Of a DNA stretch of 64,000 nt, positions 38,712 through 51,700 are shown one piece after another. Made by a program: the position numbers and the translations under genes. The stretch lies in NCBI GenBank assembly GCA_951406725.2, contig OX597823.1, positions 59,520,001-59,584,000 on the forward strand. Reading direction: 5' to 3'. The notes beneath the pieces are model-generated. The model did no database searches. It was not told the origin of the DNA and saw only the letters and a program-made list of their open reading frames with translations. Within the stretch, counting starts at the first letter, position 1. The number at the start of each line of letters is the position of its first letter. This stretch comes from Octopus vulgaris (lineage: Eukaryota).

Positions 38712-39494
38712 TCAATTGTATGCAAGAAATGTCAGTCGCCTCCAGTGGGGACATCTGAAAGAGTGTTGCAAAATCCCGCTCACTAGCTGCCCTCGGGCGA
38801 ACAAAATGTGAAAAAGTTCAGAGTTACAGAGATTACAGATTCTTTTGCCCCTATCAAACGGTACAGCCACCGATAAAATCGACCATTCCAGTCTAAATGC
38901 TGAATTCGCGTTCTTCAAACGCCAGATTAATTTACTTAGTCCGGTAGCGTGTTGTTTTCTAAAATCGCGAAAAGTTGTGAAGTGGTTCGATATTCTCACG
39001 GCCAATTTTGATGATGACGCTCCGATATACGAGTAGACATCCGATCCAGTATAAACTCTGCATTGGTAAATGGCATTTCTAATCTTGGAATTACTAGATA
39101 AGAATCTTATTCTATTGGGATTGGCTTCCGATATTAACACGGCGTTCTTATTACTATTATGATTGTGAGAACTACGGCTGTCTTCGACATTATACACCCC
39201 ATTATCAATACTATTTAATGGAATATCACCTATATATTCCCTGCCACTGAGATCGCTGTGATTGCTAATGTCCGTGATGCTACTGTTGTCAAACCCGTTG
39301 CTAAAATTGTTATTGGGACTCTCTACATTAATGACTCGGACAGTGCTCTCATCCCTATTCCCATTACTAACGTTAGAGTCGTCACCATTGCTCCTATCAT
39401 TATTCCTATTATTAACTCCATGCCTGGTATGGAGATTGCTAATCTCTGTGCCGGTTCTATTACCATTATTCTTATTTTTATTAATACTGCGCAT
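38712..39494 (-). pseudogene. PLE C-terminal GIY-YIG endonuclease preceded by an Asn/Ser-rich linker
   Basis: AIYQCRV...SYIGAS...RISNH...H..ATGLSKLIW.LK...WSIL...CNLCNSE...CPH; frameshift upstream separates it from the RT remnant. Confidence 0.85.
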
Positions 39495-40049
39495 TATTCT
39501 GGCATTAGACGGAGCTGCGTCTCCGAACGTGGGTAAGAGGGTCTTGTTTAGCAGCTTATTGTTATGGGAGGAAATTATCTGAGAGATTTTTCGTATTAGA
39601 GAAGGCTATCCTAACTTTGTGTGAGTTAACAGTGGCGTAATATCTGGAATTTCTGGGAAAGTTACTGGCAATAGCTTGGCGAAACTGCAGGGGTAGATTA
39701 GATCTTATTTGTTTACCAAAGGGAATTTCAAACCAAATATATTTATTCCTGTTTTTGTACTGGGTCGGGGAGTCAACTCTGACATTAAGGTGGGTGTTTC
39801 TAGGTTGAATAATAGGTTTTGGCTTACTATGGTCTCACTAGTTATACAGAATATATTCACACTCTTTGGGTTTTCTGTGGTTCTTCCCCTACCTGATTTG
39901 ACCGTGGTTTGACCTAGGTTTATTCCAACGGATTTTTTCGTCGGCCTTCACCCACTCTGACGTCAGCGCATATTGAGAGACATTTTTACTAGGGAGCGTT
40001 TTGTTCGAAAAGCTTGCTGCGCATTTGTTTTGAGATTTTAAATTCCTGG

Positions 40050-40135
40050 ATTTTCCTGAAGAGAAAGCTGCAGAATGGTCTCCTTATTCAATCCGAATTT
40101 GGGAATTTGCAGCCTTTGAAACATGTGTAGAAAAT
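40050..40135 (+). ncRNA. Type I hammerhead ribozyme in inverted pLTR
   Basis: attttc CTGAAGA gaaagctgcag...tgcagccttt GAAAC atgt GTA gaaaat. Confidence 0.85.
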
Positions 40136-40183
40136 AATAAAAAGGAATTTTGTAGAATCTTCGTTCGGCTCCATTTCTTCCCT

Positions 40184-40231
<48 letters not shown>

Positions 40232-42335
40232 GCTATTCCAGAACCTGCATACGATGGGCTCTGTTTGGGGCCTGTGAAACTTGAAGTAGCATGAAAACGG
40301 AATAAAACTATTTCAAATAATACTTGTAACTCCTATTAAATGTGTTGAGTGCTCTTTTCTTTCATATGTTTCCTCACGTATGTACGTACGTATGTATGTA
40401 TGTATGTATGTATGTGTTTGTGTGTGTATGCGTATGCGTGTGTGTGAATGTATACATGTACTTTTGGCATATTTCTATTTCCAATTACCAAATTTACTCA
40501 CAGGGCTTTGGTTGACATGAGGTTATAGTAGAAGACACTCGTCGAAAGAGATACACAATGATATTGAACTCAAAAAGATTTGGTTAAGAAGCAAACTTTT
40601 TTTCCTAACAGAGAACATAAAACTATCTAATGCATTCTTTCCAAAATGTGGGTTAAACTATTCATTGGTCTATGTATTTATCTACAAGGGAATTTCTTTT
40701 AAGTCTGTAACAAATTCAATTTACTTAATTATTTCAAATGAATCAACATCAAGCTGCAATTCTATGCCTCAATTATAAAATTAAAGTTTATTCAGGAAGT
40801 TGTATATACAAATACATCAAAACAAAACAAGCTACGCAGATATAAATCTTGGTGAAACTTACTCTTTTCAAATCATTCAAAAGGTCTTTTTAATTAGCAT
40901 TCAGCAACAGGTTTATCTTATGGGTAAAATGATACCATGGATGTTCATCTTAGAAGCTCTCAGTACATATATTTAAGATAAATATCTGTTTATATAGACA
41001 AACATATCAAATCAATGATTTCTTCAAATACTTCTCTTGTTTTGTGGGGGGGTTTTTTTAAAGTAAAGCAAAAACAAAATTGCGTTATTAATTATCCCTG
41101 AATGACACATAAATTCTAGTGCTAATCCTAAAAGTCAATGAAATACTAAGGTTTTATGGCAGATTGTTTAGTAAAAGTTCAATTATAGAGAAATTCCCAT
41201 GGATTAAGATATAAATTATAGAATGTCTGTGTGTGGCTGTGCGTATGTGTGTGTGTATAAAATTTATACTGTAAGTCTATCGTAAGGTTTATTAACATAT
41301 AGACAATATTCAATATTCAATAGAGAAATATTTTAATCAGCTGGCTACTTATTAAGATATATTTTCCTTTTAACTCAGTCAAAGCAAAAAGAAGAAAGTC
41401 TTTCTTTTATCTTTCATGTACTTTTTTCGTCTCTGGCAGTTTGTATACAAGGAAGAGACAGACAGAGAGAAAGTGAGAGAGAGAGAGAAAGAAAGAGAGT
41501 TTGTGTGAGTCATTTAGCTCCAAGATAGCACTGGTCTTCAAACATTTCCTTTCTGAGTACATTCCCCGATATGTCCTTCATGCTTAAAAATGGTAAAATA
41601 TGATTTGAGGGATTTAGCTGCTGTTTCTAGCAGTTCAAAGGACCTCACAAGCATTCCCTCATTAGTTCAGAGAAATATGCTTGAAAAATTGATGGAGATG
41701 TCATGCTACATAATACTACTGTTTTCTTTTATGCTATTTTCTGTAGCCCTCTAGAATCATGATATAATGCATACCAATGAGAAAATAGTGATGTAATAGT
41801 GAAGTGAAATTCCTCTTGGATATAAATATATTTACTGTACGAAGACTAAAAAGTTTAACAAATCAAAATTGAAATTGCCCACTTAATAAAGCAATATAGT
41901 CAATATTTTAAACTTGTAGTGGTGATTTGAAACTGAGCTACTAAGTAGCTGGTCAGACATCACAATCAAACCACAATTGTTTCACATGATCAGTCAATTA
42001 AACAGCCAATCAGCATCAACCTATTGTCTTCTAGAATCTTCTTGTGCCCTATAAAAAGGTGAATTTTTTTGGTGGTAATTGCAGCATGTTAAGGCAGCTG
42101 TGCCTTATGTTTCCATTCTTGGCTCATCCAGCTGGTTAGGACAGACGACCAATAGAAGACAGAAATTTTCATCATCTTGAATATATCACAATTATTTTCA
42201 TGTTGTGATGGGCCAACCACAGATTGTTGGATCTGTAAGCTTGTCATAAACTCCAAGCAGAATGTCTCTCCTTGTATTTAATTATTAAACTTATTATTTG
42301 TAAAAGACCTGCACAATTAAAACTCTGTGTACAAT

Positions 42336-42670
42336 AGGCGCAAGAGTGGCTGTTTGGTAAGTAGCTTGCTTACCAACCACATGTTTCTGGATTCAGTCCC
42401 ACTGCGTGGCACATTGGGCAAGTGTCTTCTACTGTAGCCTCGGGTCGACCAAAGCCTTGTGAGTGGATTTGGTAGACAGAAACTGAAAGAAGCCTGTCAT
42501 ATCTATGTATATATATGTGTGTGTGAGTCTGTGTTTGCCCCCCCAACATTGCTTGACAACCGATGCTGGTGTGTTTGCATCCCCATAACTTAGCGGTTCA
42601 GCAATAAGAGACTGATAGAATAAGTACTAGAGTTACAAAGAATAAGTCCTGGGGTTGATTTGCTCGACTA
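42336..42670 (+). mobile_element. SINE family A
   Basis: aggcgcaagagtggctgtttggtaagtagcttgc... through gatttgctcgacta. Confidence 0.9.
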
Positions 42671-43434
42671 GTGTAGTCAGTTATTTCTTCATGCATGAAA
42701 GAATCTTTTGATATGAACCTGCCTGAGACCACCCTGGTTCTATGATACTAAAAATTCCTGTTGTAAAGTGATCTTAGTTAAAACTTCCCAACAAAGTTTC
42801 AACCTGATTCCTGTTTCAAATACCATGTTATTCTACTGGAATCTTTAATATTTTCAAAATTAACTGAAACAACACAGCTGCAAAAGTGTTAATGATTAAT
42901 TATGGTTGAGAAAAACAGGAGGAAACAACACTTAAATTAAAATAATTTAAAATTGATTAAAAATATAATCTAACATTGGGGCCAGTCAAATATTTGGTTA
43001 AATTCAATAACACCTTAAGATATGTTTCAGGTTTAGTTAACATCATCAACGAAGCATAGCATAACTGGTTCTACTAGACCTAAAATGCCATTCAGTATCA
43101 ACATTTTAACATCAATATCATCATAATAATAACTTACATTATCATTATGACAGTACCATCCTCTTCCATGTTATCGCATTTCAAGTCTACATAATCAAAT
43201 GCTTTTCTATATCATATCTCTTTCTCTCTCTTTCTTACTCTCTTTCTGCCTTTCTCTCTCCCTCTCTCACTTTCTCATTCTCCTTTTTCAAAGCAATAGA
43301 TTGTAATTTGAGGAAGATTTGCCTGCTATTTCTAATCAAATTAGACAATCATGTCATGGTACTCTTAAGGGTTCGTCTACCTGCTTTCTTTTCTTTTTTT
43401 CTACTGGGATTGTCTACAAAGGTTATATGTTCAA

Positions 43435-43860
43435 CACTACTACTACTACTACTGCTACTGCTGCTGCTGCAACTACTGTTGCTACTACTACTGCTGCTGT
43501 CTACTACTACTGTTACTACTATTGTTGCTACTACTGCTGCTACTACTACTATTACTACTACTGCTGCTGCTATTGCTGTTGCTACTGCTGCTACTACTAC
43601 TGCTGCTGCTGCTGTCTACTACTACTACCACCACCACCACCACTCCTACTACCCGTACTGCTGCTGCTACTACTACTACTATTACTACTACTGCTGCTGC
43701 TGCCTACTACTACAACCACCGGTACTACTACCACCACCACCACTACTACTACTGCTGCTGCTACCTACTACTATTACTACAACTGCTGCTGCTACTACTA
43801 CTACTATTACCTATACTACTTTTACTGAAACTATTGTTACTACTATGACTAATCCTGCTA
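43435..43860. repeat. (CTA)n/(CTG)n/(CCA)n trinucleotide tract
   Basis: Direct; explains the poly-L/T/Y ORFs. Confidence 0.95.
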
Positions 43861-44164
43861 TTAGTAACATTGCCCTTACCAACTTGTTGGTATTGTTACT
43901 GCAGCAGCAACAATATTTCCATATCTACTATTTCTCATTTAATCCATTAATGCTCCTTGTCCTCAGAGCATGACAGAAAATTATGCATTATTAAATATTG
44001 TTCATAATTATTTTGTAAAATGAAAAATAAAATTTATGCACTAATTGGCTAATGAATGAAGTTTAATATTCATTAATTGCAATTAAGTACCTCCAAAAAA
44101 TAATTTGTATTCTATAATTTTCATACTGAGGGATACTAAACATATTAAGGCTTAATGATAGTTC

Positions 44165-44779
44165 AAATTTTAGCAGAAGGCCAGCGAATTTCGGAGGAAT
44201 TACATTGACCCCAGTAATCAGCTGGTACTTATTTTATCAACCCTAGAAGGATGAAAGGCAAAATTGACCCCAGCTACATTTGAACACAGAGCATAAAATC
44301 AGAAATGCCGCTAATAATTTTGTCTGGTGTAATAATGATTCTGCCAGCTCACCGCCTTACATATCACTCTTTTTATCTTTTACTTGTTTTAATCATTTGA
44401 CTGTGGCAATGCTGGAGCCCCACCTTTAGTCAAGCAAATCAACCCCAGGACTTATTCTTTGTAAGCCTAGTACTTATTCTATTGGTCTCTTTTGCTGAAC
44501 TGCTAAGTTACGGGGACGTAAACACACAAGCATCGGTTGTTAACTGATGTTGGGGGGACAAATACAGACCCACAAACACATACACACACACACACACATA
44601 TATACATATACATATATACGATGGGCTTCTTTCAGTTTCCGTCTACCAAATCCACTCACAAGGCTTTGGCCGGCCTGAGGCTATAGTGGAAGACACTTGC
44701 CCAAGGTGCCATGCAGTGGGACTGAACCCGGAACCATGTGGTTGGTAAGCAAGCTACTTACCACACAGCCACTCCTGTG
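44165..44779 (-). mobile_element. SINE family B (44165-44358) adjacent to SINE family A (44365-44779)
   Basis: Family motifs as above. Confidence 0.85.
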
Positions 44780-44979
44780 CTTAATAATAGAGTTCAATAT
44801 TTCGAGAGCTCAAATGAAAGTAGTAGTTTCTATTTTCAGTCTTTTCTGTTTTGTACTAAACTAAATTTGCTATCAATATCTCATGTCCTACGAAGATGGG
44901 GAGCTGGCAAAAATGTTAACACATATAAAGATAAATATATATACATATATATATATACATACATATACATAAATACATG

Positions 44980-45049
<70 letters not shown>

Positions 45050-45070
45050 CATACATACATATATATACAT

Positions 45071-45139
<69 letters not shown>

Positions 45140-46074
45140 TACATATACACACACACACACATATGTAATGGGTTTTTCAGGTCCTAACAAAGCCACTTAC
45201 AAGGCCCTAGTTGGTAGAGGGCTACAGTAGGAGTCACCTGCCCAAGGTGCCATACAGTGGTACTGAACACAGAACCATGTGATTGGGAAGCAAATATACA
45301 CAAATATGATAAAAGTAAAGTCATGATTTCAAGTATAATTATTGACTTTGTTCGTGGCCAAAACCCCATAGATTTTGTGGCGGGAGATTATAGTCTCTAA
45401 TAGTTACACCCCACAATAGCACAAAGAAAACTGAAACTGATCCCATCAGGATTTGAACTCCAAAACATAAAGGAATGTAACCAAATTCTACAAAATAGTC
45501 AGTTTGATGTTCTACCAATTCTGAAAATTTTTTGGCCTTTTGACGTCAATTATTGAATTTCTGACAATTCCATTTTATGTTAAACATTTTCTAGTGATTA
45601 ACATTGCTTAATATTGAATAAATTTATTTTTTTAATTTAAATAAGGATATATATATATATATATATATAAGAGGCATAGCAGTTAGAAGAACTAGAAGAA
45701 GAAGCTTATTTCTATTGCTATTTTCTCATTTTCATTTTTGCCCTATCTTATGTATGAGATTTTATCCAACATCATCTTCATTGTCACCATCATCGTTTTA
45801 ATTTCCACTTTTCCATGTTTGCATTGGTGAGACAGTGTTTACCGTGGCAGATTTTCTACAGCTGGATACCTGTCTTACCATCTACATTTATCTGCTTCCA
45901 AGTAGACTATTATTTCCTCATGGCCAGGCATGATTTCACAGAATAATGCCAATGAGTGACATTCATTTGCAACAATTCCATGATGTTAACACAAACACTC
46001 AGACACACATGCAGATGCACACCCACACACATGCACGCACACACACACATACACACATATATTCATAGTTCTAC

Positions 46075-46243
46075 TGAAAAGCACCCAGTCTTCTCTGTAA
46101 AGTTGTTGATGTTAAGAAGGACATCCAGCTATAAAAACCATGCCAAAACAGTGGGGTTTGGTGCAGTTCTGTGGCTTGCCAGCTCCTGTCAAACTGTCCA
46201 ACCCATGCCAGCATGGAAGACAGACGTTAAATGATGATGATGA
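46075..46243 (+). mobile_element. RTE-type 3' end fragment with (GAT)n tail
   Basis: aagttgttgatgttaagaaggacatccagc...gacgttaaatgatgatgat; others at 59130-59215 and 62480-62730. Confidence 0.7.
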
Positions 46244-46458
46244 TATATATACACACATATATACAGCAGGCAGTTTGTCTACCAAATAGACTCTCAAGGC
46301 TTTCATTAGCCTGGGTTTATTTAAGAGACTTTCCCAAGGTATAACACAATGGAACTGGACTGAAAACCGTATGGTTGGGAAGCAAACTTTTTAACAATAC
46401 AGCCACTCCTGCATCTCTCTTTTTCTCTCTCTACATGCATGTATATTATATATATATA

Positions 46459-47285
46459 TATCAATAATATAGGGTGAAATTAATTAATTTAGAAATAATC
46501 ATTAATTTCACCAAGTAGAGTTCGGCATGTAAAAGACCCATTCAAGGAAGGTTTAAGTAATACTAATTAATTAAGGGTTTTACTGGGATCCCCCTTTTAA
46601 GTAGAAAGAATAGCCAAAACTTTTTGACTGCTATTTCTAAATTCGGTGTGTGGTGAGGCAAATCATTGCTGAACCCTTAATTAATTAGTATTACTTAAAC
46701 CTTCCTTGAATGGGTCTTTTACATGCCGAACTCTACTTGGTGAAATTAATGATTATTTCTAAATTAATTAATTTCACCCTATATTATTGATAATTGTATT
46801 TCATCCCAGTAAAAAAACCGTAGCATCTTATTTTGGCAGCACGCTGGCGGAAGTGGGGAGGTGATTTACTTTCATTCACCCTTTGAATTCGGTGGTACTG
46901 GTAAGGCTTACGCTCACTCTAATACCATGAGTTGAGGTGATGTCTTCTAGTGCCTTCAAATTTAATACACAATTATTAATAATTGAGACGCAATTATTTA
47001 TAATTGAAGAGTCCTACGCTGAGGAGGAAAGTAGTCAGGTAAGACATAATTACTTAATTTTTATGCTCTACAATGACTTGATTCCGAAACGTACGTCCGT
47101 AGGTAACTTAATATAGAATGATTTCCGTCATTTCTTTCTCTTTTGCCTGCGTCGTTTGTTTTTTAAGTGCTTTGGTTTTACTGGGATCCCCCTTTTAAGT
47201 AGAAAGAATAGCCAAAACTTTTTGACTGCTATTTCTAAATTCGGTGTGTGGTGAGGCAAATCGTTGCTGAACCCTTAATTAATTA

Positions 47286-47289
<4 letters not shown>
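46459..47289 (+). mobile_element. Non-coding retrozyme/PLE-like element: ~598-bp unit with 116-bp terminal direct repeat and ~120-bp inverted 5' arm, within (TA)n
   Basis: 46576-46691 matches 47174-47289 (one mismatch seen); 46459-46579 is the reverse complement of 46672-46792; HHR at 47013-47103; no ORF of 60 aa or more. Confidence 0.88.
47013..47103 (+). ncRNA. Type I hammerhead ribozyme
   Basis: cctacg CTGAGGA ggaa.gtagtca...tgacttgattcc GAAAC gtac GTC cgtagg; perfect 6-bp stem I, GUC triplet, palindromic ACGTACGT. Confidence 0.9.
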
Positions 47290-47360
<71 letters not shown>

Positions 47361-47432
47361 TGAGTTTCTTTTAGAAATTTCATCACCACTGGCCTAGCAT
47401 ATATAAAACGTCAATAGACAACATATTCTCGA

Positions 47433-47681
47433 TATAAAATAGTATACATTGAAACACAAGAGAAGCTGCCTTCAACAGACAACTTTACATGCTAGAAGAA
47501 GTAGTCAAAACGAAATTGAAATCTAGGTATGACCGTAATAAAATAACAAGTTAAAAGTTTTTATTTGTCATTCCCTTCAAAATTGCTTTTAAATGTGGTT
47601 TTGACCATTTTGACTACTTCTTCTAGCGTGTAAAGCTACCTGTTGAAGGCAACTTCTCTTGTGTTTATACACTATTTTATA
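47433..47681. repeat. Inverted repeat (~70-bp arms, ~100-bp spacer)
   Basis: aaacacaagagaagctgccttcaacag...agaagaagtagtcaaaa versus ttttgactacttcttctag...ctgttgaaggcaacttctcttgtgttt. Confidence 0.75.
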
Positions 47682-48764
47682 TATATAATACAGAAGATAG
47701 ATAGATGAACATACATATTTTTAATTAATTAGTTGTTTTAGTATCGATTCATCTGAAACTCTACTTTATTCTTAGTGGTTAATCATCAAAGAAAATGCTC
47801 CTCCGGCAATATTGTATGAAACGTTTTAAGTGTCTTATAAGTTCTTATGAAAGATTCAGTCATTAAGAAGTTATCGAAAATGAAAGTGAGCTGTAAATGA
47901 TAGCTGAAAATTTGAAATGTGTTTTTGTGTCTCTGCCTGTATGATATATGTTTAAATAATTTATTGTCTGACACCAAACTGTTGCATTATGTAGCCTTGA
48001 TGATATGTTCCATACTGGCAACAAAATTAAAGCCAGCATCACTAATATCATACTAATAATTGCATTAAATGATTATATCTGATTGGTACAAATTGGATAT
48101 ATTTGTTAGATATATTTGGAAACTGCACAGCCCTTTAACTGAGAGGACAAACCTTTCAGCATCATTTTCCCAAAGTTCTGATTTCCACAAAGTTAACAGA
48201 TTTTGCATTATATTTATTGGTATTCCTGAAAGAGTTAGTCATTGAGTTGGTTTGTGTAACTCCCGGCTCCAGAATGGTTTCACCCAAAACCCTTCAATGT
48301 GCAACTGATTTAAACTCTCCAAGCTAAAATTCATGACAACAAACTAAAATTTCTGGTGTGCATCTATTACACTTTTCCCAAATCATATTTATTTTCCAAA
48401 CACCTTGTGTATAATTCTAATTTTGGTTGTCTTAAATGTATGTGAATCTTTGTCTATGATAATTAACTTTCAAAGAGAGAATATAGACTTCAGTTTTGTG
48501 TTTTAGATGTCTCTAGATAGTCAATATTCCATTTAATGCATTGTGGGGTTTTCTCTTTTTGCCAAAACAAATTTCATCTCTGCAAAATTGATATCCCTCA
48601 CGAACAAGAAAAAAGTTTTGAAGACCATCAACTTTCATTTGAACATTCAAGTAGATTAACTCAACACAATATTTTGCGGCAAGCCATAGCTCTCAACGTT
48701 TTCATTCTGTTCACCACACAATATACCAATTACCATTCTTTCATCACAACTAATAAACTATGAA

Positions 48765-49389
48765 TTAACCGTTTTGTTACCATATTTCAGTTGAGATGTT
48801 CTGTGTTTCTTTCAGTTAATCTTTATATATAAAACTGTAGTTGCGTGAGTGTCTGTCCCCTTCGATTTAGATTCCTAACTACTCCCACATTTTGCGGTGC
48901 AGTTTAACCAAAAGCGGGTATCTTATAGTCGGGATTCATATCGAGCCCTTCTGGGTATTAGCGCGCGTCTACGCTGAGTCTACGATTTTAAAAATAATTT
49001 AACATAATTTTTTTCCATTTTAACGCATATTTTTTAAATAAAGGGAAGTAACTCTCTAAAAATGTCTACGATGAGTCATCGATTTTAAAAAAAATTTACC
49101 ATAATTTTTTTCCATTTTTAATGCATTTTTTGCTATTTTTTGGCTATAACTCTCTAAAAATGCTTTATAGTTATTTTCCTTACAAACCCGAGCAACGCCG
49201 GGCGATACTGCTAGTTCAAAATAAAACAAAGAATTTAGTAAAATCACTTTGTTATCACTAAGCTAGTGTTAGGAACATAAATTGTGACTAAGGTTTGGTG
49301 GAAGATTTTAATTCAGAACTTATGAAAACAAGACATTTATACTACAGAGCCAGAGGCAGTTTCAGGCGGGTTGGTATCAAAAGGGTTAA
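48765..49389. mobile_element. piggyBac-type TTAA MITE hosting a Helitron
   Basis: ttaa|ccgttttgttacca ... tggtatcaaaaggg|ttaa; degenerate reverse copy near 42700-42892. Confidence 0.75.
48820..49214 (+). mobile_element. Non-autonomous Helitron
   Basis: A|TCTTTATATATAAAA 5' end; GC hairpin cccgagcaacgccggg followed by CTAG|T; inserted between A and T with no TSD; CpGs retained. Confidence 0.88.
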
Positions 49390-49430
49390 AGTTACTCCTG
49401 CAGCTCTTTTTCCCCAAAATGTTTTCTTCT

Positions 49431-49687
49431 TTTGTCACCACTTCAACATGGTTGTTCTGTAGGAACCGATGTTACTACCATTTTTTTACCCCGAGAGGAC
49501 GCCTCCCTGAGCTGGTTATGCAGCAATCTACATGCAATATATATTGCAAGAAGAGTTTGCTCTCTTGCTTGCAATCTATATAAGGTGCAGATTGCATTGA
49601 ATAACCAGCTGGAGACGGCGTCCTCTTGGGGTTAAAATGGTAGTAACATCAGTTCCTCTGGAACAGCCATGTTGAAGTGGCAACAAA
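49431..49687. mobile_element. ~257-bp whole-length palindrome (fold-back MITE)
   Basis: ccacttcaacatggttgttc...gatgttactaccatttt versus aaaatggtagtaacatc...gaacagccatgttgaagtgg; pairing continues towards the centre. Confidence 0.8.
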
Positions 49688-50817
49688 CATTACTTCTCAG
49701 TATAGTTACTACTTCTATCTCTAACAAAGATTTTGTAACTAACTACTTTTCTTTTCTTTTTTTTGTAATATAAATAATATAATGTAATTAGTAGACCATT
49801 AATTACTTCACACTTAAGAGCTTCAGTAAAAATCGAGATATCCACAAATATTGGTTTCAGATTTTGGCACAAAGCCAGCAATTTCAGGGGAGGGGACAGT
49901 TGATTAAATTGATCCCAAGTGCTCAACTGGTACTTATTTTATTGAATCCAAGAGGATGAAAGGTAAAGTTGACCTCAGTGGAATTTGAACCCAGAACCTA
50001 AAGGTGGATGAAATGCTTTGCAGCATTTTGTCCAACATGTTAATGATTTCAGCCAGCATGTTAACCACTATTTAGATATCCACAAATATTAATAAGGTTT
50101 TATAGTTGAAATGACAAAAATCAAATTAAATAAATATACGATGTACTTCACTCCATTTAATACTTTTCATTAATGAGAAAAGTAGAGTCGATTTCTTGTA
50201 TGATGGTTGTTTCCCTTACAATAAACAACCAATGAATGACCAGCTTCCACAACAGACTCTTTTGAAAAATCATAAATAATGCTACAATGAAGGTTGAGAT
50301 TTTCAGTAACGTTGTATACAATAAGAAGTAGACACCAATGTTTTGACACTTATCTAAGAGAGAAACTAATTAATTTATGAATTATGTTTCAGCCTTTCTT
50401 TCCTGCAATTTCTCAAAATAATTTTTTTTCTATTCTCTCGAACAAAGAGTTTGTTCCAAAAGATCAATATCACCTTCGTACAGCAAAAGAGAATTTATCC
50501 AAGGAAAGGAAATTTAGAGCAGATATAATTTTTGCTGACACAATTCCACAGATCACTCAGGCTCCAGTTTTCACTTTGTTTTGTTTTTTCTTCCTTTTTA
50601 ATCTTATTCAGTGTTACGGCTGATTTTTATTTCTGAGTTTGGTTGATGACATTGCTATCAGTGACAAATTGGCTGGCCTGCACTGTGTAAGAAAGTAGTA
50701 TCATTGCAAATTCAAAATGCACTCTATACTTGATAAGTGTTAATTATCATACCGTTCAACATATTCATATAGAATCTTACACACAGAGAAACTTGTCTGC
50801 AGTGGTTCAACATTAGA

Positions 50818-51038
50818 AATATTCTTTTCTACTCTAGGCACAAGTACTGAAGAATTTGGGGAGTGGGACCAGTCAATTAGATTGACTCCAGTATACAACT
50901 GGTACTTAATTTATTGGCCCTGAAAGGATGAAAAGTAAAGTCGAACTCGGCAGAATTTGAACTCTGAATGTAAAGACAGACAAAACACCACTAAACATTT
51001 CGCCCAGTGTGCTAACATTTCTACCAGCTCGCCGCCTT
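50818..51038 (-). mobile_element. SINE family B
   Basis: Head aaaggcggcgagctggtagaaatg; further copies at 49853-50060, 55345-55562 and 7485-7640. Confidence 0.85.
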
Positions 51039-51066
51039 TCAACATTATAAATATTGTCTCTGGTAT

Positions 51067-51101
<35 letters not shown>

Positions 51102-51269
51102 CATGTATGTATCTATGTATGTATGTCATTATTTAGTTTATTTCAAGATTTCTTGCCATTAGAGAAAGAACCGGTTTCTAACCTAGATCCAAGGTTCCTT
51201 CATTGGAATTTCAGCATCAACAACAGTGTATTTTTGTTTGTATGTATAAATGTATGTATGTATGTATGT

Positions 51270-51700
51270 ATGTGTAGATTTGTATGTCTTCTCATGCATA
51301 TAGTTACATATCTAGACATGCTCATATATATTGAAATGATAAAATTCTTGAATATTTTAAAGATTTTTACAGTTACGGTGATGGTTTGGATCTGATGTCT
51401 TCGAATTAGCTTTCTCCTTTCTGGTTTGTATGTATGTATGTACGTACGTACGTATGTATGTATGTATGTATGTATGTATGTATGTATGTATGTATGTATG
51501 TATGTATGTATGTATGTATGAATGAATGTATGTGCAGATTTGTATGTTTTATGTAAGTTTTCTCATGCATATAGTTGCATATCTAGACATGCTCATATAT
51601 ATTTAAATGATAGACTTCTAGAATGATTTTCAGATTTTTACAGTTCTGGTGATGGATTGGATCCGTAATCTTCAAATTAGCTTTCTCCTTTCTGGTTTGT
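51270..51700. repeat. Two diverged ~155-165-bp direct repeats separated by (TATG)n
   Basis: ttctcatgcatatagtt.catatctagacatgctcatatatatt...aattagctttctcctttctggtttgtatg at 51270-51430 and 51530-51702. Confidence 0.85.

Larger units (their letters stand above)
37790..40189 (-). mobile_element. 5'-truncated Penelope-like element with inverted pseudo-LTR pair, flanked by (TA)n
   Basis: Inverted repeats 37947-38320 / 39836-40189, each with an HHR; RT thumb remnant (WFEIPFGKQIRSNL..FPRNS..VNSHKVRIAFS..SHNNKLL) and GIY-YIG ORF between them. Confidence 0.9.

Noticed and set aside
42000-42060. CCAAT plus TATAAAA promoter-like pair
   Set aside because: Common motifs in AT-rich DNA; no downstream gene evidence
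47700-48760. Possible decayed coding sequence
   Set aside because: Complex sequence but no motif I could recognise in any frame
50430-50695. Possible minus-strand exon after ttcttacacag
   Set aside because: All three frames stop within ~25 codons; no homology evidence
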